From positions 41,230,001-41,294,000 of the forward strand of contig CM022670.1 in assembly GCA_012295275.1 (NCBI GenBank): a DNA stretch of 64,000 nucleotides. The letters are read 5' to 3'. The DNA comes from Chrysomallon squamiferum. Its lineage: Eukaryota > Animalia > Mollusca. Position numbers and translations under genes: made by a program. The stretch's first letter is position 1. Each line of letters begins with the position of its first letter. The notes under the pieces were generated by a model. The model saw only the letters and a program-made list of their open reading frames with translations. It was not told the DNA's origin and did no database searches. Below, piece after piece: positions 63,242-64,000 of this stretch.

Positions 63242-64000
63242 ATGATACTGCTTGAGAGAAAAGTCTGCAGTATAATTACATCATATACTACTACTACCAC
63301 TTCTACTACCACAACCACAAACCATCACTGCTATTACTATTATTATCATAACCACTAGTACTACTTATCACCTTACAGCATTAATATTACTACTCTACAA
63401 CCACACACTACAGTGACTATTATTATTCATATTATTACTTTTATTATTATTATTATTATTATTATTGATCAGTATTCGCAGTTTTATTGCTATGCATATC
63501 ATTACATTATTTCAGGAATTTAGCGTTTTCTTTTTAATTTTTAATTGTTCCCCTCTCCCGTCCATTTTTTTTTGTCCTGGCAAATAATTTCTTTAGATTC
63601 GCAGCCTCAAAGTGAGAAATTTTTATTTTATGAATACATTACACAGCACTGTAACACTGACATGTGTCTCACGCATGCCCAAGAATGCTGATGACCGATT
63701 CAGTTTGGAGCGAGTGAGTGACTGATGAATCAGCCAAATTTACATCAATTAGCGATTGAATCAGTTCGTTTGGAGGCTGGAATTTCAACAATTGGTTATC
63801 ATTTGTGTTCGATGTGAAATCAGTTGGGCTTGGGTCAAAACAGCAGGCCCTGAGAAACTATCGAACCAGTTACATCATGGGATGTTTCATCTTTTAATGT
63901 TTTTATTTCTTTCCAGGGCTTAAATGACTATTTTGTTGTGTTTATGAGTCATGTGAAGATTACTAGTTAACAGTGTTTGCTGTTAACTAAACGAAGTTGG

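Overview
AT-rich, repeat-laden animal genomic DNA; a mollusc (gastropod-like) source is my guess from SINE-like fragments, not proven. It holds two convergent intron-rich genes. (1) On the + strand, the last 26 coding exons of a RIC1 (RIC1-RGP1 Rab6 GEF subunit, KIAA1432/Rich) orthologue run from 881 to TGA at 18761. I phased all junctions by hand; only the exon at 14598 has an unresolved 3' end. (2) On the - strand, the last three exons of a cytosolic carboxypeptidase 6 (AGBL4/CCP6) orthologue lie at 26437-25192. The remaining 37.5 kb has no recognisable exon and is probably one giant AGBL4 intron. Main observations: a minor-spliceosome (U12-type) intron in AGBL4 that appears to end in non-canonical GG; tandem repeats that copy or abut RIC1 splice sites, including about 35 copies of one 5' splice site; a Tigger4/Zombi-like MITE; and three RFX X-boxes in the AGBL4 intron. 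Homology calls are from my recollection of protein and repeat families; no database search was run.
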